A DNA stretch of 54,428 bases from a virus (Duplodnaviria > Caudoviricetes): positions 1 to 54,428 of IMG/VR virus record IMGVR_UViG_3300020122_000519. One strand, given 5' to 3'. Below are positions 7,732-15,759 of the stretch, piece after piece. The notes beneath the pieces are model-generated. The model saw only the letters and a program-made list of their open reading frames with translations, was not told the DNA's origin and ran no database searches. The first letter of the stretch is position 1. The number at the start of each line of letters is the position of its first letter. A program made the position numbers and the translations under genes.

Positions 7732-9302
7732 GCGACACTCCCAAAGCAAATGGAAGCAGGAGGCGTTACGGACCCGGCCTCCTGCTCCACTCCGTTGGGC
7801 TCATTCGCCCGTTGGGTTTCTTCGTCAGCGCGCCGCATCTGCTCTCCGACGCTGCAGGCGACTGCTTCGGCTAGAGGGGGGGGCATGGCCTGTCCGCGCT
7901 GGCTCCAGCGGGAGCGCTTGGTCTTGCCGCTGAAGCACCAGTCCTCAGGGAAGCCTTGGAGGATGGTTCCCGCGAGCTCGCTCAAGACGACCGCGTTCGG
8001 CCCGCTGTGGCTCCTGTGCTCCTCGTCGTGGTGGCCTGGAACGCCCAAGCCCCGGTGCGTGACCGTCGTCCCGGGCCTGCTCCACGGCCAGTCGAGCAAC
8101 CTCGCGTCGTCCTGCTTCGTCGACTGCGTCCGCGCGGGGTTGTCGCTGCTCGTGTCGTGGTGCGGTCGGACCGCCAGCATCGCCTGGTGACCGCGACCGT
8201 TGGCCGTCACCGTCCGGACCGGCTCTTCGGGGTCGAGCGGGGGTTGGTTCCGAAGCTCAAGCCGCTCGGGCAGCTCCAGCATCGAGCCCGCCTGCGCGAC
8301 GCGGCCGCCGTTGGTCCGCACCACCATCGAGGGCGCGTCCAACTGCGAGATGGGGTGGTTCGCCTTTGGCTCCAGCGCCAAGACGACTTGCGGCGCGCTG
8401 TGCCCGCTGCCGCCGCCCCGGATGGTCGGTGAGGGTTCGTCGGGCTTGGGCTGCGGGTGTCCCTCGGTGTCGAGCAGCAGAACGCTGCTCTGGCACCGCT
8501 CCTTCGCTCCGAGCGTGCGCGCGGGCTGCGCGGGCGGGTGTCGCGGATTTAAGAGCACGTTGCCATCGGAGAGGTTCGACACTCCGACGACCCGCGCAGG
8601 TTTATCCTCGACGCTTCCGTGCTGGGCTGAGTTCTGGGCGCGCTTCCGTAACCGGCACGGGCGCCCCAACTGCTCGAGGCTCAAGTGGCCCAGCGCGTCT
8701 CGGCACGTCACCCAGGGCTTGAGCGCGTGCAGTCCCAAGGAGCCCGCGAGCAGCTCCCCGGGGTCGCAATGCGTCGGCATCGGCCACTGGATGCAGGGGC
8801 CGGAGAGGTGTCCAAACCAGAAGGGTCGAACCCTGTGCTGTGGGACGCCGTAGTCGGCCGCGTCCAGCGTGGCGAAGTCGGCGATGCAGTAGCCGACCTT
8901 CGCCAGTGGGGCCAGCGCGGCTTGGAGGTGGTGCCACTGCGTGGAGTCCTCGAGGCCCGGGACGTTCCCGATGAGGTACGCGTCCGGCTTGAGCAGTTCG
9001 ATCAACTCGCAGGTGACGTGCAGCATGTCGCGCTCGTCTTGGACGCCCAACCGCTTCCCCGCGCGGCTCCACGGTGTGCAGGGCGGGTCCGCGACGAAGA
9101 GCCGGATGCGCGGCAGCCTCGCTCCCAGCTTGGCCAGGCGCAGGAAGTCGCGCGCGTCCATCTGGAGCGGGCGGTGGCCCAAGTTCTCCTCGTACGAGTC
9201 GCAGGCGTCCAGGTCCTTGTCGACGGCCAGGTCGAAGAGGATTCCGGCGCGTCGGAAGCCCTCCGCCATCCCACCCGAGCAGGGGAAGATCTCAACGTTC
9301 AA
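7728..9302 (-). CDS. DNA (cytosine-5) methyltransferase with an expanded repetitive variable region and atypical motifs
   Basis: FPCSGG (motif I), PPCTPWSRAG (IV), GNV in place of ENV (VI), YGVPQHRVR (VIII), LQGFP, GQAMPP (X); TTGA coupling to the helicase. Confidence 0.85.
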   Translation of the reverse strand: MNVEIFPCSGGMAEGFRRAGILFDLAVDKDLDACDSYEENLGHRPLQMDARDFLRLAKLGARLPRIRLFVADPPCTPWSRAGKRLGVQDERDMLHVTCELIELLKPDAYLIGNVPGLEDSTQWHHLQAALAPLAKVGYCIADFATLDAADYGVPQHRVRPFWFGHLSGPCIQWPMPTHCDPGELLAGSLGLHALKPWVTCRDALGHLSLEQLGRPCRLRKRAQNSAQHGSVEDKPARVVGVSNLSDGNVLLNPRHPPAQPARTLGAKERCQSSVLLLDTEGHPQPKPDEPSPTIRGGGSGHSAPQVVLALEPKANHPISQLDAPSMVVRTNGGRVAQAGSMLELPERLELRNQPPLDPEEPVRTVTANGRGHQAMLAVRPHHDTSSDNPARTQSTKQDDARLLDWPWSRPGTTVTHRGLGVPGHHDEEHRSHSGPNAVVLSELAGTILQGFPEDWCFSGKTKRSRWSQRGQAMPPPLAEAVACSVGEQMRRADEETQRANEPNGVEQEAGSVTPPASICFGSVA

Positions 9303-10630
9303 AGCAGGGACTCCTGGCTGACTGGCTCCGCCTCTGGGTCCGCGAGTAGCCCGCTGGCCTGGTGGAACGGGAGCTTGATGAAAGTGTCCCCGCTCGTCTT
9401 CCCGTTCTGGTTCTTGAGCACCCCCAACCGGACGAAGTCCTCGTCCGGAGCTTTGGCCACGCCCAGCGCGAGCCGGGCTAAGTTCTCGAAGGCCCCCGGC
9501 GCCTCTCGGCAGTCCGCTAAGCGTGGGAGCGCGTCTGGCTTGGTGCCTTCCCGGTTGTGCGTGTGGGCGATGACGACGAAGGGCGCCTTGAACTCGTCCG
9601 CCAGCTCGCGCCCGCCGGAGAGGAAGTCCTGGACGTCCAGGTCCCTCCGGTCCCCCCGCCCGAAGCGCACCGCCGTCATGTTGTCGACGACGACGATGGA
9701 CGCCCCGCGCTCCGCGTACGCCTCCCGCGCGGCGAGGAGAATCTCCGCGGGCTTCAAGCCCGGCCGGTCGTCTACCAGGATTCGCGAGTCCCACGAGTGG
9801 ACGTGGCCCTTGGCCTCCTCCAGGTTGAACCACTGCCCTTCCGTGAGCGGCCGGTTCCTCAAGACGAACTGGGGGATGCCCGAGGCGTGGGCTAAGTACC
9901 GGAAGCCAAGCCACTCCTCGCGGTCCTCAAGCGAGAAGATGGCCCCCACCTGGCCGCGCCGGGCGACGTTGCGCAGCACGCTCGCCGCGATGCCTGACTT
10001 GACCACCCCCGCGCGGCCGCACAGCACGACGAGGGTGGGGTGGATGCCGCCTATCGCGCCGTCGATCTCCGGGTAGCCGGTGGGGACGTTGGGCAGGATT
10101 CGCCCGTCCTGCACCGCGCGGATCCGCTTGCTCGCGGCGTCCGAGCCCTGGGAGGCCCCCCGCCACGCGCTCGAGTGGCCGGGCACGGTGTTCGCCGCGT
10201 GGTGCATCTCCTGCGCGAGCTCAGGACCGACCGCCTCCCCGGTCTCCGCCAGCGCGATGATCCGCCGCGCGGCCTCGTACGCCCGCCGGCGGGAGGCCAA
10301 GTTCTTCAAGGCGACCGCGAGCGCCAGAGCTTCCGCGCTGGTGGCTAGTACGGGGCTGAAGCAGGGGGCGAAGTTCCTCCACGCCACCCGCTCGCCGCCT
10401 AGGCGCAACAACTCCGACTCGAGCGCTTCGCGGACGGGCGCCAGTCCCCGCGGCAGCGCGGCGGCGAAGGCCTCGAAGACCAAGCGCGCCGGGCGCTCCG
10501 AGAAGTCGTCACCTTGGAGGCCCAGCGAATCGAGCAGGGCCCGCGCCTTCGAGGCGCCCAGGACGCGCCCCTCTTCGGCCACGATGGCCAAGAGCTTCTG
10601 CTCGAGTTGGGGGTTGGACAGGAGGCTCAC
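9299..10630 (-). CDS. DnaB-like replicative helicase (divergent)
   Basis: PTGYPEID, GRAGVVKS (atypical Walker A), FSLED, VVVDN, KNQNG; follows the initiator gene. Confidence 0.8.
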   Translation of the reverse strand: MSLLSNPQLEQKLLAIVAEEGRVLGASKARALLDSLGLQGDDFSERPARLVFEAFAAALPRGLAPVREALESELLRLGGERVAWRNFAPCFSPVLATSAEALALAVALKNLASRRRAYEAARRIIALAETGEAVGPELAQEMHHAANTVPGHSSAWRGASQGSDAASKRIRAVQDGRILPNVPTGYPEIDGAIGGIHPTLVVLCGRAGVVKSGIAASVLRNVARRGQVGAIFSLEDREEWLGFRYLAHASGIPQFVLRNRPLTEGQWFNLEEAKGHVHSWDSRILVDDRPGLKPAEILLAAREAYAERGASIVVVDNMTAVRFGRGDRRDLDVQDFLSGGRELADEFKAPFVVIAHTHNREGTKPDALPRLADCREAPGAFENLARLALGVAKAPDEDFVRLGVLKNQNGKTSGDTFIKLPFHQASGLLADPEAEPVSQESLL

Positions 10631-11499
10631 GTGAGCAGGCCTCCGGTGTAGGGGACGGGCTCGGGCCTGCCGTTACTCGATCGCCCGTTGGACTCGGCGT
10701 TGGCTATGAAGCGCTCGAGGTTCGAGCCGTTCCGGCAGATGAGCTCCAAGTCGTCGTAGCGGGTGTGGTTCGCGTTCTCCCCGCAGTTGTGGGGCGTCTT
10801 CGAGCAGCCGTCGATCGCCCGCTTGATCTGCGCGACGGAGTAGCCGTCCTTGAGGCGGGCGCTGACGGCCTTGCGGCGGTCGTCGGTCAGCCTCGAGGTG
10901 GGAGGCTTCTTCATCACCTTCTGCCAGTAGGTGAAGACCTCCGTCGCAGCGTCGGTGCCCTGAAGGGGGAGTTCAGAAGCGCCAGAAGTCGATCCCGTTT
11001 CGCTTCGGGTGGGGATCGGGGATGGGGTTGGGGATGAGGTCGGGGACGGGGACGAGGATGGAGGGTGACATGGTGTGACACTTTCGGACGCTCCCGGACG
11101 AGTCCGGACAACTTCGGACACGTCGTTAATGATTCCGGAGCCTTGCGCGGCTAAAACAGCCCTAGCTTTTTGTCGTTCCTCGGCCTTGCGAAGCTTCTCG
11201 GTTTTGCGTGCTTCCTGGGCCTCGATGAACTTGGGCGCCAAAAGCACATCCCCGCGGCGCCAAGTCACCACTTTGACCCGCTCCAAGTCCTTGAGCCCCG
11301 GCTCAACCACTTCCCCGGGGAGGTCGGTCATCACGGAGACGGTCTCGACCCGGCCGAGTTCGCCGCAGTCCATCGAGCCCACCGTGTCGAGTCGGCGCAT
11401 CAGGAGCGGCCAGAGAGCCTTGGCCTGCCAACTCATCGCCTTCCAGGTGGGAGTGTCCCGGGTGTACAGCTTGACGTAGTGCTCGTCCTCGAAGCGCAT
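10627..11499 (-). CDS. Phage replication initiator / replisome organizer
   Basis: YVKLY N-terminal domain, S/P/T linker, C-terminal VFTYW...RLKDGYSVAQIKRAID domain; upstream of the helicase. Confidence 0.8.
   Translation of the reverse strand: MRFEDEHYVKLYTRDTPTWKAMSWQAKALWPLLMRRLDTVGSMDCGELGRVETVSVMTDLPGEVVEPGLKDLERVKVVTWRRGDVLLAPKFIEAQEARKTEKLRKAEERQKARAVLAAQGSGIINDVSEVVRTRPGASESVTPCHPPSSSPSPTSSPTPSPIPTRSETGSTSGASELPLQGTDAATEVFTYWQKVMKKPPTSRLTDDRRKAVSARLKDGYSVAQIKRAIDGCSKTPHNCGENANHTRYDDLELICRNGSNLERFIANAESNGRSSNGRPEPVPYTGGLLT
11061..11175. repeat. Iteron-like 10-bp periodic repeats inside the initiator gene (putative ori)
   Basis: gagggtgaca/tggtgtgaca/ctttcggacg/ctcccggacg/agtccggaca/acttcggaca in exact 10-bp phase, then an AT-richer tract. 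Confidence 0.7.
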
Positions 11500-11500
11500 G

Positions 11501-11908
11501 TCAGCGCGCCCCCAGCTTTATGGAACCCGGATCCTTGGGCGGCGGTAGCGAGCGGATGAAATCCAAGAGCTCTTGCTCGGGCCGAAACCACTCGCTCTCC
11601 ATGCGCAAATGACGAAAGCGCTCGTGGTAGTCATGCTCTCGAAGGAAGCCGCCCAAAATAAGTCCAACCACACGCAATCGCGAGAACGGGTAGCCGACTT
11701 GGGCCTGCTTAAGACGATGACCGGGCCATCGCTGAGTACAGCCGATTTTGATCGGTCCCCCGTCTTCGCCTTGAAAGAAGTAAGCCCAGTTTTGAAATAC
11801 CTCTTTTGGCGACTGGTCCACCCAACGAAGTCGGGTCTCCCGGTACGGATCGATGTCGATTGCCGGTAATAGGCGGTGCGTGTCGCTGCTCGACTGGTCC
11901 CCTCGCAT
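11501..11908 (-). CDS. GIY-YIG-like T5orf172/MUG113-family protein
   Basis: YFFQ...IKIG...RL...E...H..F...EWF; lower GC than neighbours. Confidence 0.75.
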   Translation of the reverse strand: MRGDQSSSDTHRLLPAIDIDPYRETRLRWVDQSPKEVFQNWAYFFQGEDGGPIKIGCTQRWPGHRLKQAQVGYPFSRLRVVGLILGGFLREHDYHERFRHLRMESEWFRPEQELLDFIRSLPPPKDPGSIKLGAR

Positions 11909-11927
11909 TGTCCTAAGACCAGTCGGC

Positions 11928-12119
11928 CTAAGCCGCTATGAGCTGCGCGAAGTCGCGACGCCGCTTGAACTGGGCGAGACGCGCGGGCTTGACGTAAAGC
12001 TTGCCCCGGGACCAGAAGCCGTAGAGGGGGCCCCGGAGGATGAGGGCTCGAACTTTGGTCGCAGTAGTGCCAAGCTCGCGCGCGACCGCACGGAGGCCGT
12101 AGGGGCACTCGCGGCTCAC
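11928..12119 (-). CDS. Excisionase-like HTH protein
   Basis: YGLRAVARELGTTATKVRALILRG.L...KLYV; basic; adjacent to attP; start uncertain. Confidence 0.65.
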   Translation of the reverse strand: MSRECPYGLRAVARELGTTATKVRALILRGPLYGFWSRGKLYVKPARLAQFKRRRDFAQLIAA

Positions 12120-12125
12120 GGCAGC

Positions 12126-12162
12126 GAAGGAGAGGGCAGGAAAACTAACTGCCCCCTCCTCC
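12126..12162 (-). terminator. 14-bp hairpin directly after the tRNA 3' fragment
   Basis: GGAGGAGGGGGCAG-loop-CTGCCCTCTCCTTC with two G:U pairs on the - strand; no U-tract. Confidence 0.45.
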
Positions 12163-12163
12163 T

Positions 12164-12210
12164 GAGCGGGAAAAGAGATTTGAACTCTCGACCCTCGCCT
12201 TGGCAAGGCG
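12164..12210 (-). mobile_element. attP core: 3' half of tRNA-Gly(GCC)
   Basis: - strand CGCCTTGCCAAGGCGAGGGTCGAGAGTTCAAATCTCTTTTCCCGCTC gives anticodon arm, T arm and acceptor 3' strand; no 5' half; ~300 bp downstream of int. Confidence 0.9.
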
Positions 12211-12506
12211 GAAGGCCGCTGGTTTGAGCCCCGTCCCATTCGCACACCTCTCAAAACTGCCCGCCCGGATGCTGCGACACATCCGAGCGGGGCCTTTCAG
12301 TCGCCCGAAAGCGAAGAAGGCCAAAGGGTTAATGGGTCGGCCGGTCGCAGGGTCGGCCCAACTGTCGTGAAGGTAAATGAAGAGTCTGACATGTGTCAAC
12401 GAGTGCACGCTTGGTTGGCGTGTTTCATCAACACGGGCGCGGACTTGCGCGTGTCGATTTTTGTGCGAGTGGTTTTCCGGTGGATCCGACATACAAGCGG
12501 GAGCGA

Positions 12507-13571
12507 CTACAACACCAGTCGGTCCAACTCGCGGCGTTGGTAGGCGAGCGAGACGTGGGTGTAGATCTCCTCGGTGGGCGAGGCGTTCGCGTGGCCGACC
12601 AGGAGCCGGATGCACAGAGGGTCGGCCCCCGCCTCGCGGTGGAGCGTCACCGCAGTGTGCCTCAAGTCGTGGAACCGGATGCGGCGGGTCCGCGGAACGA
12701 GCCACAGTACGAAGCCGCAGCGTGGGCACGCCTTCGTCTCCTTGAGCGCGAGCAGCTCCTTGTGGCCGCACCCCTTGCGCCGGCACTTGGCCTCGTAGCC
12801 CAGAACAACCCCCGCGTCCCCCATCGCCACTTTCAAGATACGACTGAGCTTCGTGTCCTTTCGAAACCGGCCGCCATCCTCGCGGGGAAAGACGAGCTCG
12901 CTCGGGCTCATCTCAATGGCGCGCCGGATAGCCTCGAAGGCGGCGGCAGGAATCGGGACGCGGCGCGGGCGGCCCGTCTTGGTGGTGTCGCGCCCGTGGC
13001 TGCGGCGGATCCACGCCAAGCGCTGAGCGAGGTCCACGTCTTCTTTTCGCAAGCCGAAAAGTTCGCCCTTCCGGTCCCCCATCACCAGAGCAACGGTGAA
13101 GAGGTCTCTCCGGTCAGGGCGCACGCACCGGAGCACCGCGCGCGCCTCTTCCAAGGACAGCGTGTCATAGGCGGGCCTGGGCACCTTGCATCGCGTCGCC
13201 AACTTGAACGGGTTGACCGCTGGCCATTTCTTGCTCTTTTGTGCGAACGCCGCGACTCGCGAGCCCACCGAGAGGGCCTTGTTCTTGGTCGCAGGGCCGA
13301 TGTCCGTCATGGAGGCGATGGCGCGCTCGATGTCGCAGGGCTGGAGGCTCTTCGCCGTGAGGTGGCCAATCTCTCGATTGAGGCGCTCGACGTGCCCCCG
13401 GGCGTTGCCGGGGTCCTGAAACCTACTCGCGACCGTTTGGAGCCACTCTGCGGAAATTTCGCGGAACGTTAAAACGTGTTCACTCACATCTAAATCCAGC
13501 ATCAACTGTCGGAGCTTCCGCACGTCCTCCGGCGTATCGAGCCGGATGACATAACCAGACTTCCTTGACAC
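12507..13571 (-). CDS. int: Tyrosine integrase with an internal Zn-ribbon insertion
   Basis: GDRKGEL (R), TKTG (K), FHDLRH, GH, IYTH (Y); CRRKGCGH...CPRC insert. Confidence 0.95.
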   Translation of the reverse strand: MSRKSGYVIRLDTPEDVRKLRQLMLDLDVSEHVLTFREISAEWLQTVASRFQDPGNARGHVERLNREIGHLTAKSLQPCDIERAIASMTDIGPATKNKALSVGSRVAAFAQKSKKWPAVNPFKLATRCKVPRPAYDTLSLEEARAVLRCVRPDRRDLFTVALVMGDRKGELFGLRKEDVDLAQRLAWIRRSHGRDTTKTGRPRRVPIPAAAFEAIRRAIEMSPSELVFPREDGGRFRKDTKLSRILKVAMGDAGVVLGYEAKCRRKGCGHKELLALKETKACPRCGFVLWLVPRTRRIRFHDLRHTAVTLHREAGADPLCIRLLVGHANASPTEEIYTHVSLAYQRRELDRLVL

Positions 13572-13672
13572 GCGCGGAAACCCCCAATTGCTTGAGGACC
13601 GCCCTTTAATTCATTTATTCAGTTACACGCAAATCCACCGACAGTGATTTCAGTGTGTTACGCGGCATCCAC

Positions 13673-13891
13673 TCAAGTGCGCTTGGGTGGGAGCCCCCAC
13701 TTCTCCTCTAACTCCTTGATACCATTGCTCAAGATGAGCCTGATCAGGTCCGACTCGTCGACCTGGCGGTGATTGGCCAAGGCCTCGAGCCGCTCCTTTA
13801 TCTCGTGGGGCACGCGGACGACGAGGTTCCCCATCGGCTTCCGCTTCTTCTTCCTGAGACCCGCCTCATCGGCGTCGTCGATTGGCGCCAC
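13673..13891 (-). CDS. Ribbon-helix-helix (Arc/CopG-like) regulator, candidate immunity repressor
   Basis: LVVRVPHEIKERLEALANHRQVDESDLIRLIL; first leftward gene at the divergence point; start uncertain. Confidence 0.75.
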   Translation of the reverse strand: MAPIDDADEAGLRKKKRKPMGNLVVRVPHEIKERLEALANHRQVDESDLIRLILSNGIKELEEKWGLPPKRT

Positions 13892-13971
13892 AGCCAAACC
13901 TCGCACGTGAGTTGACCTCGATTCTTTAGGCGGCAACGCGCCGCATGGAAAGAACAATGCCACAGCCAAGC

Positions 13972-14030
13972 AGTAATCGCAATGCGTACGCTTGCGTACG
14001 TTGACAAACGCAATGCGTTCGCATTACTAT
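13972..14030 (+). promoter_or_regulatory. Rightward sigma70-type promoter with overlapping operator repeats
   Basis: TTGACA (14001)-18 nt-TACTAT (14025); CGCAATGCGT(A/T)CGC at 13978 and 14009; TGCGTACG at 13983 and 13993. Confidence 0.75.
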
Positions 14031-14060
14031 TCTCTCCATCAACGATTGGGGAGGCAGCAA

Positions 14061-14279
14061 ATGGCGACCCGGAGCGAAGCGGTTGAGGTTGTGATGAGCC
14101 CGGAGGTGACGGTTCGCAGGCAGAAGGCGACGAAGGCCTTCTTGAACAAGCTCGTGCGGCTGGGCGCAGTGGCTCCGCCGACCTCTTGCGGTGAAGAGAC
14201 GCTCTGCCCGGACGACCGCATTCGCCCGTGCGTCAAACCCCATGGCCACGACGGGTGGCACGACGCGGGGGTTCGCTAA
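14061..14279 (+). CDS. Hypothetical early protein
   Basis: GGGAGG RBS; first rightward ORF; C...C..PHGH...H tail. Confidence 0.6.
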   Translation: MATRSEAVEVVMSPEVTVRRQKATKAFLNKLVRLGAVAPPTSCGEETLCPDDRIRPCVKPHGHDGWHDAGVR

Positions 14280-14600
14280 ATGAGCGCGCCCAAGTTCACG
14301 CCGGGCCCGTGGCGTGTCGGCCCGTCTCACGAAGAGGGCTCGTGTGAGTACATAGACCACGGCATCTATACGGCGGGGAGCGTCGCGGTCCTCTATTCAA
14401 CAGAGGACGGCAGCCACGAAACCAGAAGGGCCAACGCCGCCCTCATCGCCGCTGCTCCGGAGCTGTACGAGGCGCTGCGCGAAGTTAAGTCTGCGCTGGA
14501 AGACCATCTCTTGGTCCAGCCGAATTCGGCGTTCGCCGATGCCGGACGCGACCTCGTGTCGAAGATCAACGCCGCTCTCGCCAAGGCGGAGTGCCGCTAG
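14280..14600 (+). CDS. Conserved-type phage hypothetical protein
   Basis: FTPGPW...ANAALIAAAPELYEAL pattern common in phage early genes. Confidence 0.75.
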   Translation: MSAPKFTPGPWRVGPSHEEGSCEYIDHGIYTAGSVAVLYSTEDGSHETRRANAALIAAAPELYEALREVKSALEDHLLVQPNSAFADAGRDLVSKINAALAKAECR

Positions 14601-15032
14601 ATGAGCACCTCCCACAACACCAAGTCCCAGTTCCAAAAGTACGAGAAGACCAAACACGGCGCCGCCCTCGCCGCCCTCGTCGTCTCCGCGGCCAAGGACC
14701 ACTTCTCGGGGCTGATGCCCTCGGTCGACTACCTCGAGTACCGCCACGACGTGGAGCGCCAAGCGGCGGACCTGGACGTCCTCAAGGAGTACGAGGCCTC
14801 GTTGAGGGTCCAGATGAACCCGGAGCTAGGCGGCGAGGCGGCGCGCTTGCTCGTCTCCATCCGCAAGCGTCTGGAGGAGGACCACAAGGAGGCCATCGCC
14901 CAGAGGATGCAAGCGCGGACCCGAGCCGAAGAGGCGAAGGACTCCCTCGCCAAGGCGGAGAGGCGCTGCTCCAACATCGAGGACCTCCTCGACAAGACCA
15001 ACTCGATGGTCGACCGCTTGGAGAAGGCTTAA
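14601..15032 (+). CDS. Coiled-coil hypothetical protein
   Basis: 143 aa with a heptad-rich C-terminus. Confidence 0.65.
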   Translation: MSTSHNTKSQFQKYEKTKHGAALAALVVSAAKDHFSGLMPSVDYLEYRHDVERQAADLDVLKEYEASLRVQMNPELGGEAARLLVSIRKRLEEDHKEAIAQRMQARTRAEEAKDSLAKAERRCSNIEDLLDKTNSMVDRLEKA

Positions 15033-15036
15033 GCCA

Positions 15037-15279
15037 ATGGCCAAGTGCGACCACTGCGAGGGCGCGGGGAGCGTAGAAGCCGTCGCCCTGCACCCCGAGT
15101 ACGGGCGGATGACGTGCGGTGACTGCGGCGGGTGTGGCTCGTTCTGCGACTACTGCGGAGACCCGCTCAACTCGCCCAACCCTGACGCGCTGGAGCACGT
15201 CTGTGCGGGGTGCTCGGAGGAGATGGCGGAGGCCGCCCACGCGGACGTCCTCGCCGACACCGCGAGGGACTCCTCATGA
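15037..15279 (+). CDS. Cys-rich Zn-finger protein (DnaJ-like CxxCxGxG)
   Basis: CDHCEGAG, CGDCGGCG, CDYC, CAGC. Confidence 0.65.
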   Translation: MAKCDHCEGAGSVEAVALHPEYGRMTCGDCGGCGSFCDYCGDPLNSPNPDALEHVCAGCSEEMAEAAHADVLADTARDSS

Positions 15280-15440
15280 CCGTCACCAAGAAGGGGATGA
15301 CAGCGGAGGTCCGCAACGGTGTCGCCATCCTCTCGGAGCCAATCCAGTGCCGCTGCGGTCGGATGGCCTACATCGTCCGGGTGGATGGCGGGACTCGGTG
15401 CGTGGAGTGCGCCAGTCGCTCGGAGGAGGGTTCTCGATGA
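15276..15440 (+). CDS. Small Zn-finger protein
   Basis: CRCG...CVEC; ATGA-coupled. Confidence 0.55.
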   Translation: MTVTKKGMTAEVRNGVAILSEPIQCRCGRMAYIVRVDGGTRCVECASRSEEGSR

Positions 15441-15667
15441 GGCCCCTTCTCCGTTCCGACCTGGACAACGCCAACTGTTCGGTTCCGGGATGCAAGCACA
15501 TCCACCCTGCGCCGACCCGAGAGGCCCCGATGTGGATTCACGGCAAGTGCCACCCGAATGCGGGCGTTGAGGTCAGCTACGACGGCGGCGGCGCCCTCAC
15601 AATCGCGTGCCATCTCTGTCAGCTTTTGGTCGCGAAGGTGCTCGTCCAGGGGGAGGGTTCGCGATGA
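15437..15667 (+). CDS. Small Cys/His-rich protein
   Basis: CSVPGCKH...CH...CHLC; ATGA-coupled. Confidence 0.6.
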   Translation: MRPLLRSDLDNANCSVPGCKHIHPAPTREAPMWIHGKCHPNAGVEVSYDGGGALTIACHLCQLLVAKVLVQGEGSR

Positions 15668-15759
15668 AAGAGCACTCCCCTCAGGAGTACGCCGAGAACC
15701 TGCGAATCCTCCGCCGCCTCATCCGTGAGGCGCTCAAGGTCGAGAGGGTGCCGCGCTAA
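15664..15759 (+). CDS. 31-aa micro-ORF
   Basis: MKEHSPQEY...; GGAGG RBS, coupled at both ends. Confidence 0.45.
   Translation: MKEHSPQEYAENLRILRRLIREALKVERVPR

Noticed and set aside
11010-11060. GGGGA-type short repeats as a separate element
   Set aside because: Explained by the Ser/Pro/Thr linker codons of the initiator
12164-12240. Intact tRNA-Gly gene
   Set aside because: No 5' acceptor strand or D arm upstream; it is the att core
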